From positions 1-39,813 of the IMG/VR virus record IMGVR_UViG_3300017766_000487: a stretch of 39,813 bases of DNA; one strand, given 5' to 3'. The notes below the pieces were generated by a model. It saw only the letters and a list, made by a program, of their open reading frames with translations. It was not told the DNA's origin and ran no database searches. The first letter of the stretch is position 1, and every line of letters starts with the position of its first letter. This DNA is from a virus. Lineage: Duplodnaviria > Caudoviricetes. The translations under genes and the position numbers were made by a program. Positions 8,000 to 17,478 of this stretch are shown piece by piece.

Positions 8000-8052
8000 C
8001 TTATGTTATCTAGCGAACTACAATAAAATGAATATAATTATTTTAAAAAATG
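8000..8052 (-). promoter_or_regulatory. Putative bipartite late promoter CTAGATAACATAAG plus upstream box
   Basis: The core at 8000-8013 resembles CTATATAATATAAG at 38382-38395. The box at 8031-8052 matches 4539-4561. Confidence 0.6.
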
Positions 8053-8062
8053 ATGCAAATTA

Positions 8063-10855
8063 TTATAGCACAGGACCGAAGGTGGATAATCCCTCTTCGG
8101 TTGGTGGGGTTATGATTACTTGCTCCTGAGTGGCTTTCTTAGGTAAGTAGTTGTCCGTTGGAGCAGAAGCCTTCCTTCTATAGAGTTGGCTCTTTGTAAA
8201 AGAGAGTTGGCTATTTGAATTTCCTATAGGTCTTATTATTTTTACACCTCGAATAAGTCCTTTATTGATTGAATCTTTAATTAAATTAAAGTTTTCTGTT
8301 TTTGTTAGTTTACTAAACTGCTTCTGAGACATTCTGCTGAATACATCAAACTCGGTCAAAGTTTTTCCCAAACCATTAAGACCTAGGTAATAGTTATCAT
8401 CTAGTTCATTAATTATCTCTTTAATTACTCTAAGCCCTGTTTTGTTTCTGTTAGGGGTAAATTGTTGAGCAGACATAAGCTCATTATTTTTAATGTAAGT
8501 TTGCTGAAATAAAGCATCGTCAGAATAAATTTTCATTATTCTTGTCTGAGGATCATTCTCTCCAATAACATTAACAGCATCTATTCCATCTGTCTGCATT
8601 CTAACAAATTTATTAGACTGCTGCTTGTTAAGATCTGGAGCAATCGAGGGTAAGCATCTTAGCTGGCGTCTAACCATTCCAGAAGGGCTTAAATCTACTA
8701 ATCTAGACTTACTGTTAAACACGTTTAAATCTGGTCTATTAGTAGGACAAACTAAAATATACCAAGGATATTGTCTAGTTAATAATGGTATAGTTTTATT
8801 CTCTTTAGCTGAATCTGTGGTAACATCAATCTGTGTCAGATAGATTGAGGAAGTTCCCTGTATGTAGTCTAACATAACATCTTCATCATCTAACAGGAAT
8901 GTTCTATGATTAACCTTATACTTAATGTATTCATTTACGGCAGATAATCCAGAATCTGTTGTTGTATCAACTAACTCAAATCTAGCTCTGGTTTTCTTGA
9001 GCAGCATTGATTTATCTGATATGTTACTATCCATAGAACTAAGAACACAACTTAAGAAATAAAAGTTTTGTCTAGGACTACTTAAAGAATAATTGTATTC
9101 TATATTAGATGTTTCTAAAGCACTAACTTCTAAAAGTCTAGCAGGATCTTCCCCTAGTAAAGATACTACTCTTTCTCTTGTAACTTCTGGGATAGTAAAA
9201 GTGTGATCAATTTCTGATTTAGTAAATAGCTTTTCTGAATTACTTCCACAATGAACACAGGCAAAATCTCCATCTCTTATAATTAAAGGTTCGTTCTGAA
9301 TAAAGGTGTTATCATCTTTAACATACAAACGCATCTCTTCTTCATTTATACATATAGGAATAAATTTATCTATATCTGATGATAAGATTTTCCATAAAGG
9401 AAATATCTTAGCCATCTTATCATCCTCGTACTGAGTAGGATCTAACCCTACCATAGAGTTTTCTATCAAATGAAGTGCAAACATTTCATTAACTGATTGA
9501 AAAGGGCTTGGAGTTATTTTATATGTTTCTTTATTTGCACTGCCATTAACTAGTGCTTCTATCATTCCAAAAGTAAATGATCCTATACTTCCGTCAATAA
9601 CTCTAGACCCTATTAATGAATAGATTTGTAATATGTTTATAGGATTTCCTTCATGAGTTTTTATTCTCAATAAAGCATTCAAAACTTCTTGTCTTAGATT
9701 ATCATAAATTAATTGAGGAGTTATGGCAGCTACTTTTGTACTATCCCAATCACCAAATGTTCTATTTTTTGTAAGAACATACAATAAATTAGAATCAATC
9801 ATATCCTTAAACAAAGTGCCATTAGAAGCGGTGTTTGGAACTAAGGTTCCTTTAGTTGGAGTAGTATTTATAATGATATCTGGGTCTTGTAGACCTCCTT
9901 CATTATCTTTTAATAAAACATCTTTGAAGAATGGATTGCTCAGGTCTATTTCATTATTGTTTTCAAACACATAGGAATCAATATCGGACTCATCAAACTC
10001 TTCAAAGGTAGTTATTCCTCCTCCAGAGTTAGGATTAAATGTCTCAGTTCCAGTATCCTCTATGGGAGTTTGTTCATCCACTTCTCCTTGATCAATTAGT
10101 CCACCTCCAGCATTTGGGACTATATCTTTTTGTTTAATTATTATTGGAGGTTCAGAACCTCCTCCACCATTATCACCATCAACTTCCCCTTGATCAATTA
10201 ATCCTCCACCTGCGTCAACAAAAGGCCCTCCGGGAACTGTTATAATGGGTCTATTCCATCTTATATAAATTAAAACATCTGGACAGTTTCCTCCACAGTT
10301 AAGGCTTCCATCAAGAGTTGGTCCGGGAGATTCACAATCCTCATCTCCGTTATATGGTCTTACATCTACTATAGTGCTTCCATTTGAGGCTATACTATCA
10401 ACAAGATCATCTACAGCTTCTTGAGATGTGTCTTGTCCTAATAAAGGTACTGGAACGCTTTCACATTTTTGTTTTATCTTATATTTTGATGTTACTGTAA
10501 ATCCATTAGGTTCATCAAACTGGCTTATTAAAATAGGAGGTCCATCTGGTCTACAAACACATTTATTATTATTTCCGGGACCTCCAGTAGTAGGACCTCC
10601 TACGCCGGGGGTTCCCGGGCCGGGGGTTCCCGGACTACCTCCTCCAGTTCCCGGCCCAGTATCTCCTCCACCACCTGTTCCACCCCCACCCGGAGGATTT
10701 GCTGGTTCATCATTATCAATAGGAGGATCTACAGGAGGCTCCCCACTATCCGCTCCAGAATCTACAGTGTCTCCAAAACCATAGGATGGTGTATTGAAAG
10801 GTCCGAATCCGGGTAGAAACGTACCACAACCAAACGTAGGTTTTTCAGAAGGCAT
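8063..10855 (-). CDS. Large hypothetical virion-module protein with Pro/Gly-rich, Cys-containing N-terminus
   Basis: 930 aa, the last gene of the tail block. The first ~290 aa are low-complexity and acidic. Confidence 0.85.
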   Translation of the reverse strand: MPSEKPTFGCGTFLPGFGPFNTPSYGFGDTVDSGADSGEPPVDPPIDNDEPANPPGGGGTGGGGDTGPGTGGGSPGTPGPGTPGVGGPTTGGPGNNNKCVCRPDGPPILISQFDEPNGFTVTSKYKIKQKCESVPVPLLGQDTSQEAVDDLVDSIASNGSTIVDVRPYNGDEDCESPGPTLDGSLNCGGNCPDVLIYIRWNRPIITVPGGPFVDAGGGLIDQGEVDGDNGGGGSEPPIIIKQKDIVPNAGGGLIDQGEVDEQTPIEDTGTETFNPNSGGGITTFEEFDESDIDSYVFENNNEIDLSNPFFKDVLLKDNEGGLQDPDIIINTTPTKGTLVPNTASNGTLFKDMIDSNLLYVLTKNRTFGDWDSTKVAAITPQLIYDNLRQEVLNALLRIKTHEGNPINILQIYSLIGSRVIDGSIGSFTFGMIEALVNGSANKETYKITPSPFQSVNEMFALHLIENSMVGLDPTQYEDDKMAKIFPLWKILSSDIDKFIPICINEEEMRLYVKDDNTFIQNEPLIIRDGDFACVHCGSNSEKLFTKSEIDHTFTIPEVTRERVVSLLGEDPARLLEVSALETSNIEYNYSLSSPRQNFYFLSCVLSSMDSNISDKSMLLKKTRARFELVDTTTDSGLSAVNEYIKYKVNHRTFLLDDEDVMLDYIQGTSSIYLTQIDVTTDSAKENKTIPLLTRQYPWYILVCPTNRPDLNVFNSKSRLVDLSPSGMVRRQLRCLPSIAPDLNKQQSNKFVRMQTDGIDAVNVIGENDPQTRIMKIYSDDALFQQTYIKNNELMSAQQFTPNRNKTGLRVIKEIINELDDNYYLGLNGLGKTLTEFDVFSRMSQKQFSKLTKTENFNLIKDSINKGLIRGVKIIRPIGNSNSQLSFTKSQLYRRKASAPTDNYLPKKATQEQVIITPPTEEGLSTFGPVL
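10076..10213. repeat. In-frame duplication AGGGLIDQGEVD x2
   Basis: Copies at 10076-10111 and 10178-10213 encode an identical peptide with synonymous differences. Confidence 0.85.
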
Positions 10856-10857
10856 GA

Positions 10858-13368
10858 TTACTCAGTAGTTGCGGGATCACCCTTTAAACGAATAGTAGGT
10901 CTTGTTCCATTTAGATTACCATAGTGATAAAGAACATCTTCGGCTAGAACACCAGTCATAGTCCACATCACTGTAGGATAAGTGCATTTAGCTATTCTAG
11001 GATTTCCAACATATCCTCTTTTTACTCCAGCAGTACCTGTTCCACCTATGGGGGCTGTGTTACTTGTTAAAATATCAGAAACAGGAACTACAAAGCAAGA
11101 AAAACCGTCCCCACCTCTTTGAGATATATTATCTACTCCCGGAGCGGGGTATCCAAATAGTTGACCTGCTGATTGATTTGCAAAAACATCCCAAGTTGCA
11201 TTTACAGGTCCAGTAAATGCAACATAAATTGCAAATTCATCAAACCCCTTTTCAATCCAAGTTCCAAAGTAAGAACCTGCATTAAATAAAGAGTTATTCT
11301 GAGCTAAACAATTGACAAGACTTACACTTACATTATAATCAGCTAACCAAGAGGGTCTGTTAAATTTTATTTTTTTGCAAATATAATTAAAGTTAGCATA
11401 AGTTCTATAACTAATACCTTCTAATGGCACCGAATTGGCTTGAACTTCTTGCGAAGCCCCAGTAGTAGCATTAGTAAACTTGTTTAATTTAACTCCAGTT
11501 GAATTACCATTCTCATCAACTTTTACTGAAGAGCTTCCAGCAACAATACTACCATTAGATCCTATAAAAGTATTTATATAATCATTTGGATACAATCCCT
11601 TGTCAGCAAGATTTTGTGTTTGTACCCACAAGGATAAGTCCCAATCTGGGTAAGCTGGAATACTTAGATTGTTTGTTGCAGCACTACCAATACCATATTT
11701 GCTCTTTACATAATTTCTAATATACTCTTGACTATCGTTAGACGTATTAGTATCATCAGCAAATTGTTTTCTATAGAAATCATACATGGCTCCTTCGGGG
11801 CCAAAGTTCCAACCTCCAAATACATATCCAGTAGCTAATGTATTTGAATTATTAACTATACTTGTAGTATTGGTTACATTGTTAATATTATCTACTTTTG
11901 ATTTTAGATCATCATAGACTCTTTTAAGTTCATAATCCATCTGTGCCTTGCCTACAGCGGGATTAGCTAATGATAGCTGTGGGAATGCCGCAGCAATACC
12001 TGCTCTTTCGTTGTATGCAAGTTCAGCCGTTCTGAAGAATGGACGAATATCAATTACATCAGTGCTTAATACAGTTTGTGATGTGCTATCAACAAATACG
12101 TAAGCTACAGGAAGGATTGATTGTCCAACAAGCTCATATGCAGAATCTTCCAGCTTCTCAGAAATTAGAGGAGCTATATTTAAAAGATCATCAGGAGAAG
12201 GGAAGCTGCCTCTTATATCATAAGCAATATCATTACCAGAAGCTGAGTTAAATCCCATATTGGTATTAACTTGGTCCGCTGGATGAGCAAGTATAGAACC
12301 ATTTGTAGGAGCCTTGTTATTTATAGGCATTCCTTGACGCAAGTTCATTTTAATTCCTGCACCTCTAACAATTCCTAAAGTAGGTTTAGTTATTGTTTTC
12401 TTAGTTTTTGTAGTGGTATCTAGTAAATTAACTCCACTCATATCAACAGGCTTGCTGTAAATAAATATTAAATCTATTCTTTGTTGAACACCAGTTACGT
12501 CAACGGCAACACCACTTTCATTTTTATATTGAAAATCTGTAGAATCGAATCTAGGAACCTCAATAGAAATTTCATCATCTACATCAACAATAGCTAGTCT
12601 AGAAATACCTCTCCAAGCTTTTATGAAATGATTTTCTGTTCTAGGTAAGAAGGAAAATCCATTATTGGTATTTGTAGTATCAAACGAATGCAATCCAGTC
12701 CTATCTGGGGCTGTAGCTCCTGAACCCGCTCTAGACCATAGAAGAGCTTCTGTTATTAAGAAAGGAGAATTACTAGCACCTCCTCCGGGTATATTTACAT
12801 CATACCCACCGTAGGAAAACCAATTAACAGAAGCCCACAAATCTGTTCCATTTTCGTCCACAAGTGTATCAGAATTAACTACAGGCCAAGTAAAGGCTCT
12901 TTCAGCAAGACCGTTCATACCCATAGCTTGGTTTGCTGTTTGCTGTTTAAAAGTATTTAAAGCAGCTTCAAGAAAGTAGTTTTTATTATTTGGAAATGAT
13001 CCGGGCTGTGGTAGTGCTGAAGACCAAGCATCTACATCCCCCACCGCTTCTCCAGCAACTTTTAAGATATATCCTAAAGGATTAGCTTTTGAAGCATCAT
13101 TTATTCTAGCAGTGTATCTTCCGGGTTTTACTCTAACCTTCCTATCACCACCAGTGGAGTATGGACGTAACTCGTCAATATCTCCTCGTTTAACAGCAGT
13201 TATTTTAGGCTCTATAGTCTTTCTAAGTTGATCTTTTAACCATAAGCAGTTTTCTTGTAACTGCTTAAGAGGTATGTTATCTACTTCAAAATAATAGGGA
13301 TCATTCGCTTTGAAGAAGCGAATAGGGTCTGTAAATCTGTAATTACTATCTTGATAAATGTTTTCCAT
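10858..13368 (-). CDS. Putative tail fibre / baseplate-associated structural protein
   Basis: 836 aa. N-terminal DNIPLKQLQENCLWLK resembles fibre N-terminal helices and is shared with the neighbouring gene. IDIRPF motif is present. Confidence 0.6.
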   Translation of the reverse strand: MENIYQDSNYRFTDPIRFFKANDPYYFEVDNIPLKQLQENCLWLKDQLRKTIEPKITAVKRGDIDELRPYSTGGDRKVRVKPGRYTARINDASKANPLGYILKVAGEAVGDVDAWSSALPQPGSFPNNKNYFLEAALNTFKQQTANQAMGMNGLAERAFTWPVVNSDTLVDENGTDLWASVNWFSYGGYDVNIPGGGASNSPFLITEALLWSRAGSGATAPDRTGLHSFDTTNTNNGFSFLPRTENHFIKAWRGISRLAIVDVDDEISIEVPRFDSTDFQYKNESGVAVDVTGVQQRIDLIFIYSKPVDMSGVNLLDTTTKTKKTITKPTLGIVRGAGIKMNLRQGMPINNKAPTNGSILAHPADQVNTNMGFNSASGNDIAYDIRGSFPSPDDLLNIAPLISEKLEDSAYELVGQSILPVAYVFVDSTSQTVLSTDVIDIRPFFRTAELAYNERAGIAAAFPQLSLANPAVGKAQMDYELKRVYDDLKSKVDNINNVTNTTSIVNNSNTLATGYVFGGWNFGPEGAMYDFYRKQFADDTNTSNDSQEYIRNYVKSKYGIGSAATNNLSIPAYPDWDLSLWVQTQNLADKGLYPNDYINTFIGSNGSIVAGSSSVKVDENGNSTGVKLNKFTNATTGASQEVQANSVPLEGISYRTYANFNYICKKIKFNRPSWLADYNVSVSLVNCLAQNNSLFNAGSYFGTWIEKGFDEFAIYVAFTGPVNATWDVFANQSAGQLFGYPAPGVDNISQRGGDGFSCFVVPVSDILTSNTAPIGGTGTAGVKRGYVGNPRIAKCTYPTVMWTMTGVLAEDVLYHYGNLNGTRPTIRLKGDPATTE

Positions 13369-16300
13369 TAGTTATCTCTCGAAAGATCGAATATTGAAGC
13401 AGACTTGAATCCTACACAACCACTGGTATCTGTACCCCGTGATTCAGATAGTCTATCATTTGCAGCACTATATGCTCTGTGAATTGATACTTTTCTTGGT
13501 CTACCTGCCCAACCCACGCTAGCATTTTGTGCATTAGCAAAAGTCTTGGCTGCGGATTCATCTAGTAAACATTGTGTTGGATTATCTTCTACAAACTCTG
13601 AACAATAATAGAATCCAGAAGTATGTATAGTTGTAGTGTAGAATCCAGCTTCCTGTTGTAGTTTTAATAAATCAGGGAATAGACTGCTAGCGTTAGTTTC
13701 TCCTGTTGGCACTATAGAGGAAAGTGGTCCAGAGCAGTTATATCCTTGAGCAAATATTTGATAAGGTGCTCCAACTATACTTGATCCGGCATAATTGATT
13801 TGGAGTGCCTTAGCACTAGCCTTAGGAGTCCAATAAATTCTAAACACTCCCTGATTTCTACTGGTATTGACGGGTGCTCCAATTAAGAAAGATCCTAGTC
13901 TAGGAACATAAGTGCTTATTCCTGCTTGATATAAGTACTTAGCATCAGCTTCTCCTAATGCAGTATTTATAGGATAGAATCTATTAAATGGAGAATTAAG
14001 AGATATTCCTGCACCTATCGTCCATACTCCGCTACCAGCGCCAAATATATCTAGAATACTTAAAGCTCCAGTATCTGGAGTTCCAGAAGGTGCAGCGGAC
14101 GCAGGGACTCCGTTAGAGGATAGCCATATAGAGCTTGGTCCATGATATCTACTATCAGTTGGATGCATACCGCTGACTGATAAGTATGATGCATTAAGTC
14201 TGGAAGTATCGGCAATATTCCAAATCATAAGCTTATCACATTCGCTACCACTAGCATTATAATAGAAGCCGTCAAGCTCACTTCCGTTTGATCCTACTGG
14301 GAAGTGTACGTTCTTCACATTTACAATGCTGTCTTCTGTAGCTCTTACACAGGTTCCTCCTAAAGTTACTTTAGCTCTAGACGCCCATGTTGGAGTGCTA
14401 TTAATTATTGTATCATTAACAATTCTAGTGAATACTTCTCCAGTGTTAAATGTAGGAAAGTCTGGTATTGTATAAGGTAGTCCTACAACAATATTATCAA
14501 GTGAGTTATTTGATATTACAGCATCGTCTTGTGGGTTTGGATAGAACTGTAATGAACCTGAACTTGTATAAGCACTTGTAGCAAAAGTATCTGTTGGATA
14601 ATCATAACCAAGTGCTAAATACGCTTGACCATTAGAAGTTCTGTTCCAATTCTTAGGGAATGATCCAAGATCTTGTAAATTTATAGTTGAGTTTTTGTTT
14701 GCTACTAAGCAAGCTCTTGTTGAATGAAGCTCAACATGAGTATGGTTTGCACCAGAATTTAAATCAAAGCCACTGACATCTAAATTATAAGATCCGGGAA
14801 CTGTTGCTGGTTGAATATTAAGAACTGAATTTTTTTCTACTAAAGCGTCTACTCCAAATTGAAGCATTGCTGCTGGTCCGTGTATGTTTATGGTAGAGTT
14901 ATTGTCAGCATATAGACCTGCCATCTTTTGTTGATAATTTAATCCAGCAGGACCTATAATATGCGTACATCCTGTTTGGCTTCCAAACAACGATGCTGTA
15001 GAAGAGTTTGAAGCTCTTACTGCTCTTCCATAACTGGTTGAATTAGCTACAGAGTCAGTAGTATCATCTACTCTAATGCTGGGGTGTAATAATTCTAGAG
15101 TGGAATTGTTATTTATAGATATTGCTGGTAATGTTGATCTATTTGCACCATCCCAAGAAACTACTCCGTGAGCCAAGTTAAAGAATGAATTTCCATACTT
15201 TTGAGGAATGCTATCTTTTCTAGCAAAACCAAAATAAGAATTACTAATAAGATTTATGTGTTGAGAATTTCTACGGAACTCACACTGTCTTCTTTCACTT
15301 TGTCCAGCAGAAGTTGGATTTTGTTGAGAATTCCAAATAAAGGTTGAATTCCTAGCTAGGATTCCTTCATTAGAATGAGTATCCACAGATAGTTCTTCAA
15401 AAGTTATTTTGGATCCGTCTGCGTCTATACCTCTATTATTGTAGTAGATATCAAGTAATCCTTTAAGGTTTACTTCTGAGTTTCTTATTAGCATTCCATA
15501 TCCAGTATTGCATTCAGAAGCTAAAACACTTGCGCTAGATGGGTCGGTATTTGTGGTTCTAGAAATTCCACCAACAAGTTTAGAATTATCTAAAACAAAT
15601 CCAGCATAATTTCTAGAAGAGTTAATTACAAATTCGCAAGCAGAAGCTCCATTATCTCCAACACTAGTCGAAGATAAATCTATTAAGACAGAGCTTAAAG
15701 TAACATCACTATTCACAGCATGGAATCCATAACCAACTTCTGGAACTCTGGCTGATGTTCCACTGAGTGTATAGTTTCTATAAGCATATGCTGCTCTAGA
15801 CAATATAACTTTTGAATTATTAAACTTAAATCCAGCTTCCTTACATCTTACGGAAGCGCAGTTCTCTAATACAACATCAGAGTTTGTTATTTCAATTCCA
15901 TTAACTGTTGAAGTTTTTCCATCAACAAAGAAATTTCTTATGTATATTGGACCGTCACAATTTTTAACAGATAGCTTTTTAATAGAGTTTGTGTAAAAAC
16001 AACCTGTTAAAGGTCTGTTATTAATAAATCCTCTTCTAGCTAGTAATGCTGAATTTGATTGTCTAGTTGCACTAATATCATAACCATAAAGAGTTTGATC
16101 AGAAGCATCTCCAACATCTTCAAAAACATCTTGATCTACAAACTGATCAACTCCATCTGTTAAATCTCTATCAATAAAAACAGATAACACAGATTGTCTA
16201 TAGGGATGTGGTATACTTAAAACACAATTAGATCCTGCTTGAAGTCTTTGATCAGCATCTGGAGTAGAACTTAACAATAAAGTTTGTATATTAACACAGG

Positions 16301-16844
16301 AAGTATCAGCTAAAGTCTGAGTTAAATGTGTAGATACTAATCTTCTAACTAAAGAGTGTGAGGAATTATAAGATGCGTTAGTTAAGGCTGTTGCTAGATT
16401 ATAAGAGGAAGTACTTAGTACTCTTCCAAATCCTCTATTGATAATTTCAATAGACCCGCCCTCTTCGATTCTAAAATTATGCAGTTCGAGATTTCCCATA
16501 TCTCCGAAGTTAGCAACTTCAATGAGAACAGGAAATCTAACTACTTTTGGAATACCAGCAATACATCCACTTAGCGTTGTAAATATATTTCTGTTAGCGG
16601 CAAGAACGGAGGCAGGAGCATCGGCAGAAACCGTTAAAGCCAGTCCGGGAACACCTGCCGAGGTAGCGAAACCTGCCTGTTCCCATAGCTCATATGTTCG
16701 CTCCTCAAGATCGTAGAGTGGGAGGTTATCCTGCTCCCAGTTATAGAAAGAACTAGTGTCATACTTGGATACATATGGTGTCCAAGAATTATAAAGCTTT
16801 ACGCTACCACTGCTTGTGTAAATGTCGTGTCTGTTAAAAGGCAT
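13368..16844 (-). CDS. Tailspike-like protein with parallel beta-helix (pectin lyase-like) repeats
   Basis: 1158 aa, Asn/Ser-rich, with repeating G-h-x-h-x-N-S-x-h units (GIEITNSDVVL, GFKFNNSKVIL, GFHAVNSDVTL, GFVLDNSKL, GMLIRNSEVNL). Confidence 0.7.
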   Translation of the reverse strand: MPFNRHDIYTSSGSVKLYNSWTPYVSKYDTSSFYNWEQDNLPLYDLEERTYELWEQAGFATSAGVPGLALTVSADAPASVLAANRNIFTTLSGCIAGIPKVVRFPVLIEVANFGDMGNLELHNFRIEEGGSIEIINRGFGRVLSTSSYNLATALTNASYNSSHSLVRRLVSTHLTQTLADTSCVNIQTLLLSSTPDADQRLQAGSNCVLSIPHPYRQSVLSVFIDRDLTDGVDQFVDQDVFEDVGDASDQTLYGYDISATRQSNSALLARRGFINNRPLTGCFYTNSIKKLSVKNCDGPIYIRNFFVDGKTSTVNGIEITNSDVVLENCASVRCKEAGFKFNNSKVILSRAAYAYRNYTLSGTSARVPEVGYGFHAVNSDVTLSSVLIDLSSTSVGDNGASACEFVINSSRNYAGFVLDNSKLVGGISRTTNTDPSSASVLASECNTGYGMLIRNSEVNLKGLLDIYYNNRGIDADGSKITFEELSVDTHSNEGILARNSTFIWNSQQNPTSAGQSERRQCEFRRNSQHINLISNSYFGFARKDSIPQKYGNSFFNLAHGVVSWDGANRSTLPAISINNNSTLELLHPSIRVDDTTDSVANSTSYGRAVRASNSSTASLFGSQTGCTHIIGPAGLNYQQKMAGLYADNNSTINIHGPAAMLQFGVDALVEKNSVLNIQPATVPGSYNLDVSGFDLNSGANHTHVELHSTRACLVANKNSTINLQDLGSFPKNWNRTSNGQAYLALGYDYPTDTFATSAYTSSGSLQFYPNPQDDAVISNNSLDNIVVGLPYTIPDFPTFNTGEVFTRIVNDTIINSTPTWASRAKVTLGGTCVRATEDSIVNVKNVHFPVGSNGSELDGFYYNASGSECDKLMIWNIADTSRLNASYLSVSGMHPTDSRYHGPSSIWLSSNGVPASAAPSGTPDTGALSILDIFGAGSGVWTIGAGISLNSPFNRFYPINTALGEADAKYLYQAGISTYVPRLGSFLIGAPVNTSRNQGVFRIYWTPKASAKALQINYAGSSIVGAPYQIFAQGYNCSGPLSSIVPTGETNASSLFPDLLKLQQEAGFYTTTIHTSGFYYCSEFVEDNPTQCLLDESAAKTFANAQNASVGWAGRPRKVSIHRAYSAANDRLSESRGTDTSGCVGFKSASIFDLSRDN

Positions 16845-16845
16845 T

Positions 16846-17454
16846 TTAGAAGTTCAATGTCCATCTGAAGATTAGACTAAAATCACTAGTCTTTCGTATA
16901 TTACTAAAAGTTCTGTAGCAAACTAAAATAGGTCTTGGTGTTGAATACCCTGTTGGATTTTTCATTAACATACCTATCTCATTTATATTTGCTGCATTCC
17001 CATCTCTAGTTAGGTTATTACAGGCTTCTTCATCTAATACTAAGGTATATCGAACTGAAGATTTTCCTATCTTTGTTATCTTGTGCTTAGGTATAAGTGC
17101 TGCGGGAGTTGATATTGTAGAGCCTCCAACTAACTGATCTCTTATATCTACAAATAAGTTACTATTAGTTCCATATTCATTTATTGAAGTTAAAGCTCCA
17201 GATAGTTGGCTTATAGCACTAGTAACTCCTCCGGCAGGAGGTCCTGAAACTCCTATTTGAAATCTATCTATTTGATAATCTAAAATAGATTGAGATCCAG
17301 ATCCAGTAAACATATAGGCAAGACCTACACCCATACCCGAAACAATCATATTAGAATCGTCTAATAAAATCTCCTCTGTCCCATCTTTCAATCTTTTAAT
17401 GATTGTTAGATGTCCAGATATTCTATTTATGGGTTTAAATTTATTATTTTCCAT
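16846..17454 (-). CDS. Baseplate/fibre-anchor domain protein (tail-collar-fibre-like), stand-alone copy
   Basis: 202 aa with NMIVSG...INEIGML...YRTFSNIRKTSDFSLIFRWTLNF. It is paralogous to both upstream genes. Confidence 0.7.
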   Translation of the reverse strand: MENNKFKPINRISGHLTIIKRLKDGTEEILLDDSNMIVSGMGVGLAYMFTGSGSQSILDYQIDRFQIGVSGPPAGGVTSAISQLSGALTSINEYGTNSNLFVDIRDQLVGGSTISTPAALIPKHKITKIGKSSVRYTLVLDEEACNNLTRDGNAANINEIGMLMKNPTGYSTPRPILVCYRTFSNIRKTSDFSLIFRWTLNF

Positions 17455-17468
17455 ATATTATTATATAG
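17455..17468 (-). promoter_or_regulatory. Putative late promoter CTATATAA, 6 nt from the ATG
   Basis: The minus strand reads CTATATAA-TAATAT-ATG in a 24-nt gap, with no SD. Confidence 0.6.
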
Positions 17469-17478
17469 CTAATGCTAC

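Noticed and set aside
10600-10695. GC-rich repeats (ccgggggttcccgg x2) as a regulatory or structural DNA element
   Set aside because: Explained by PGTPG-PGTPG coding under CCWGG avoidance.
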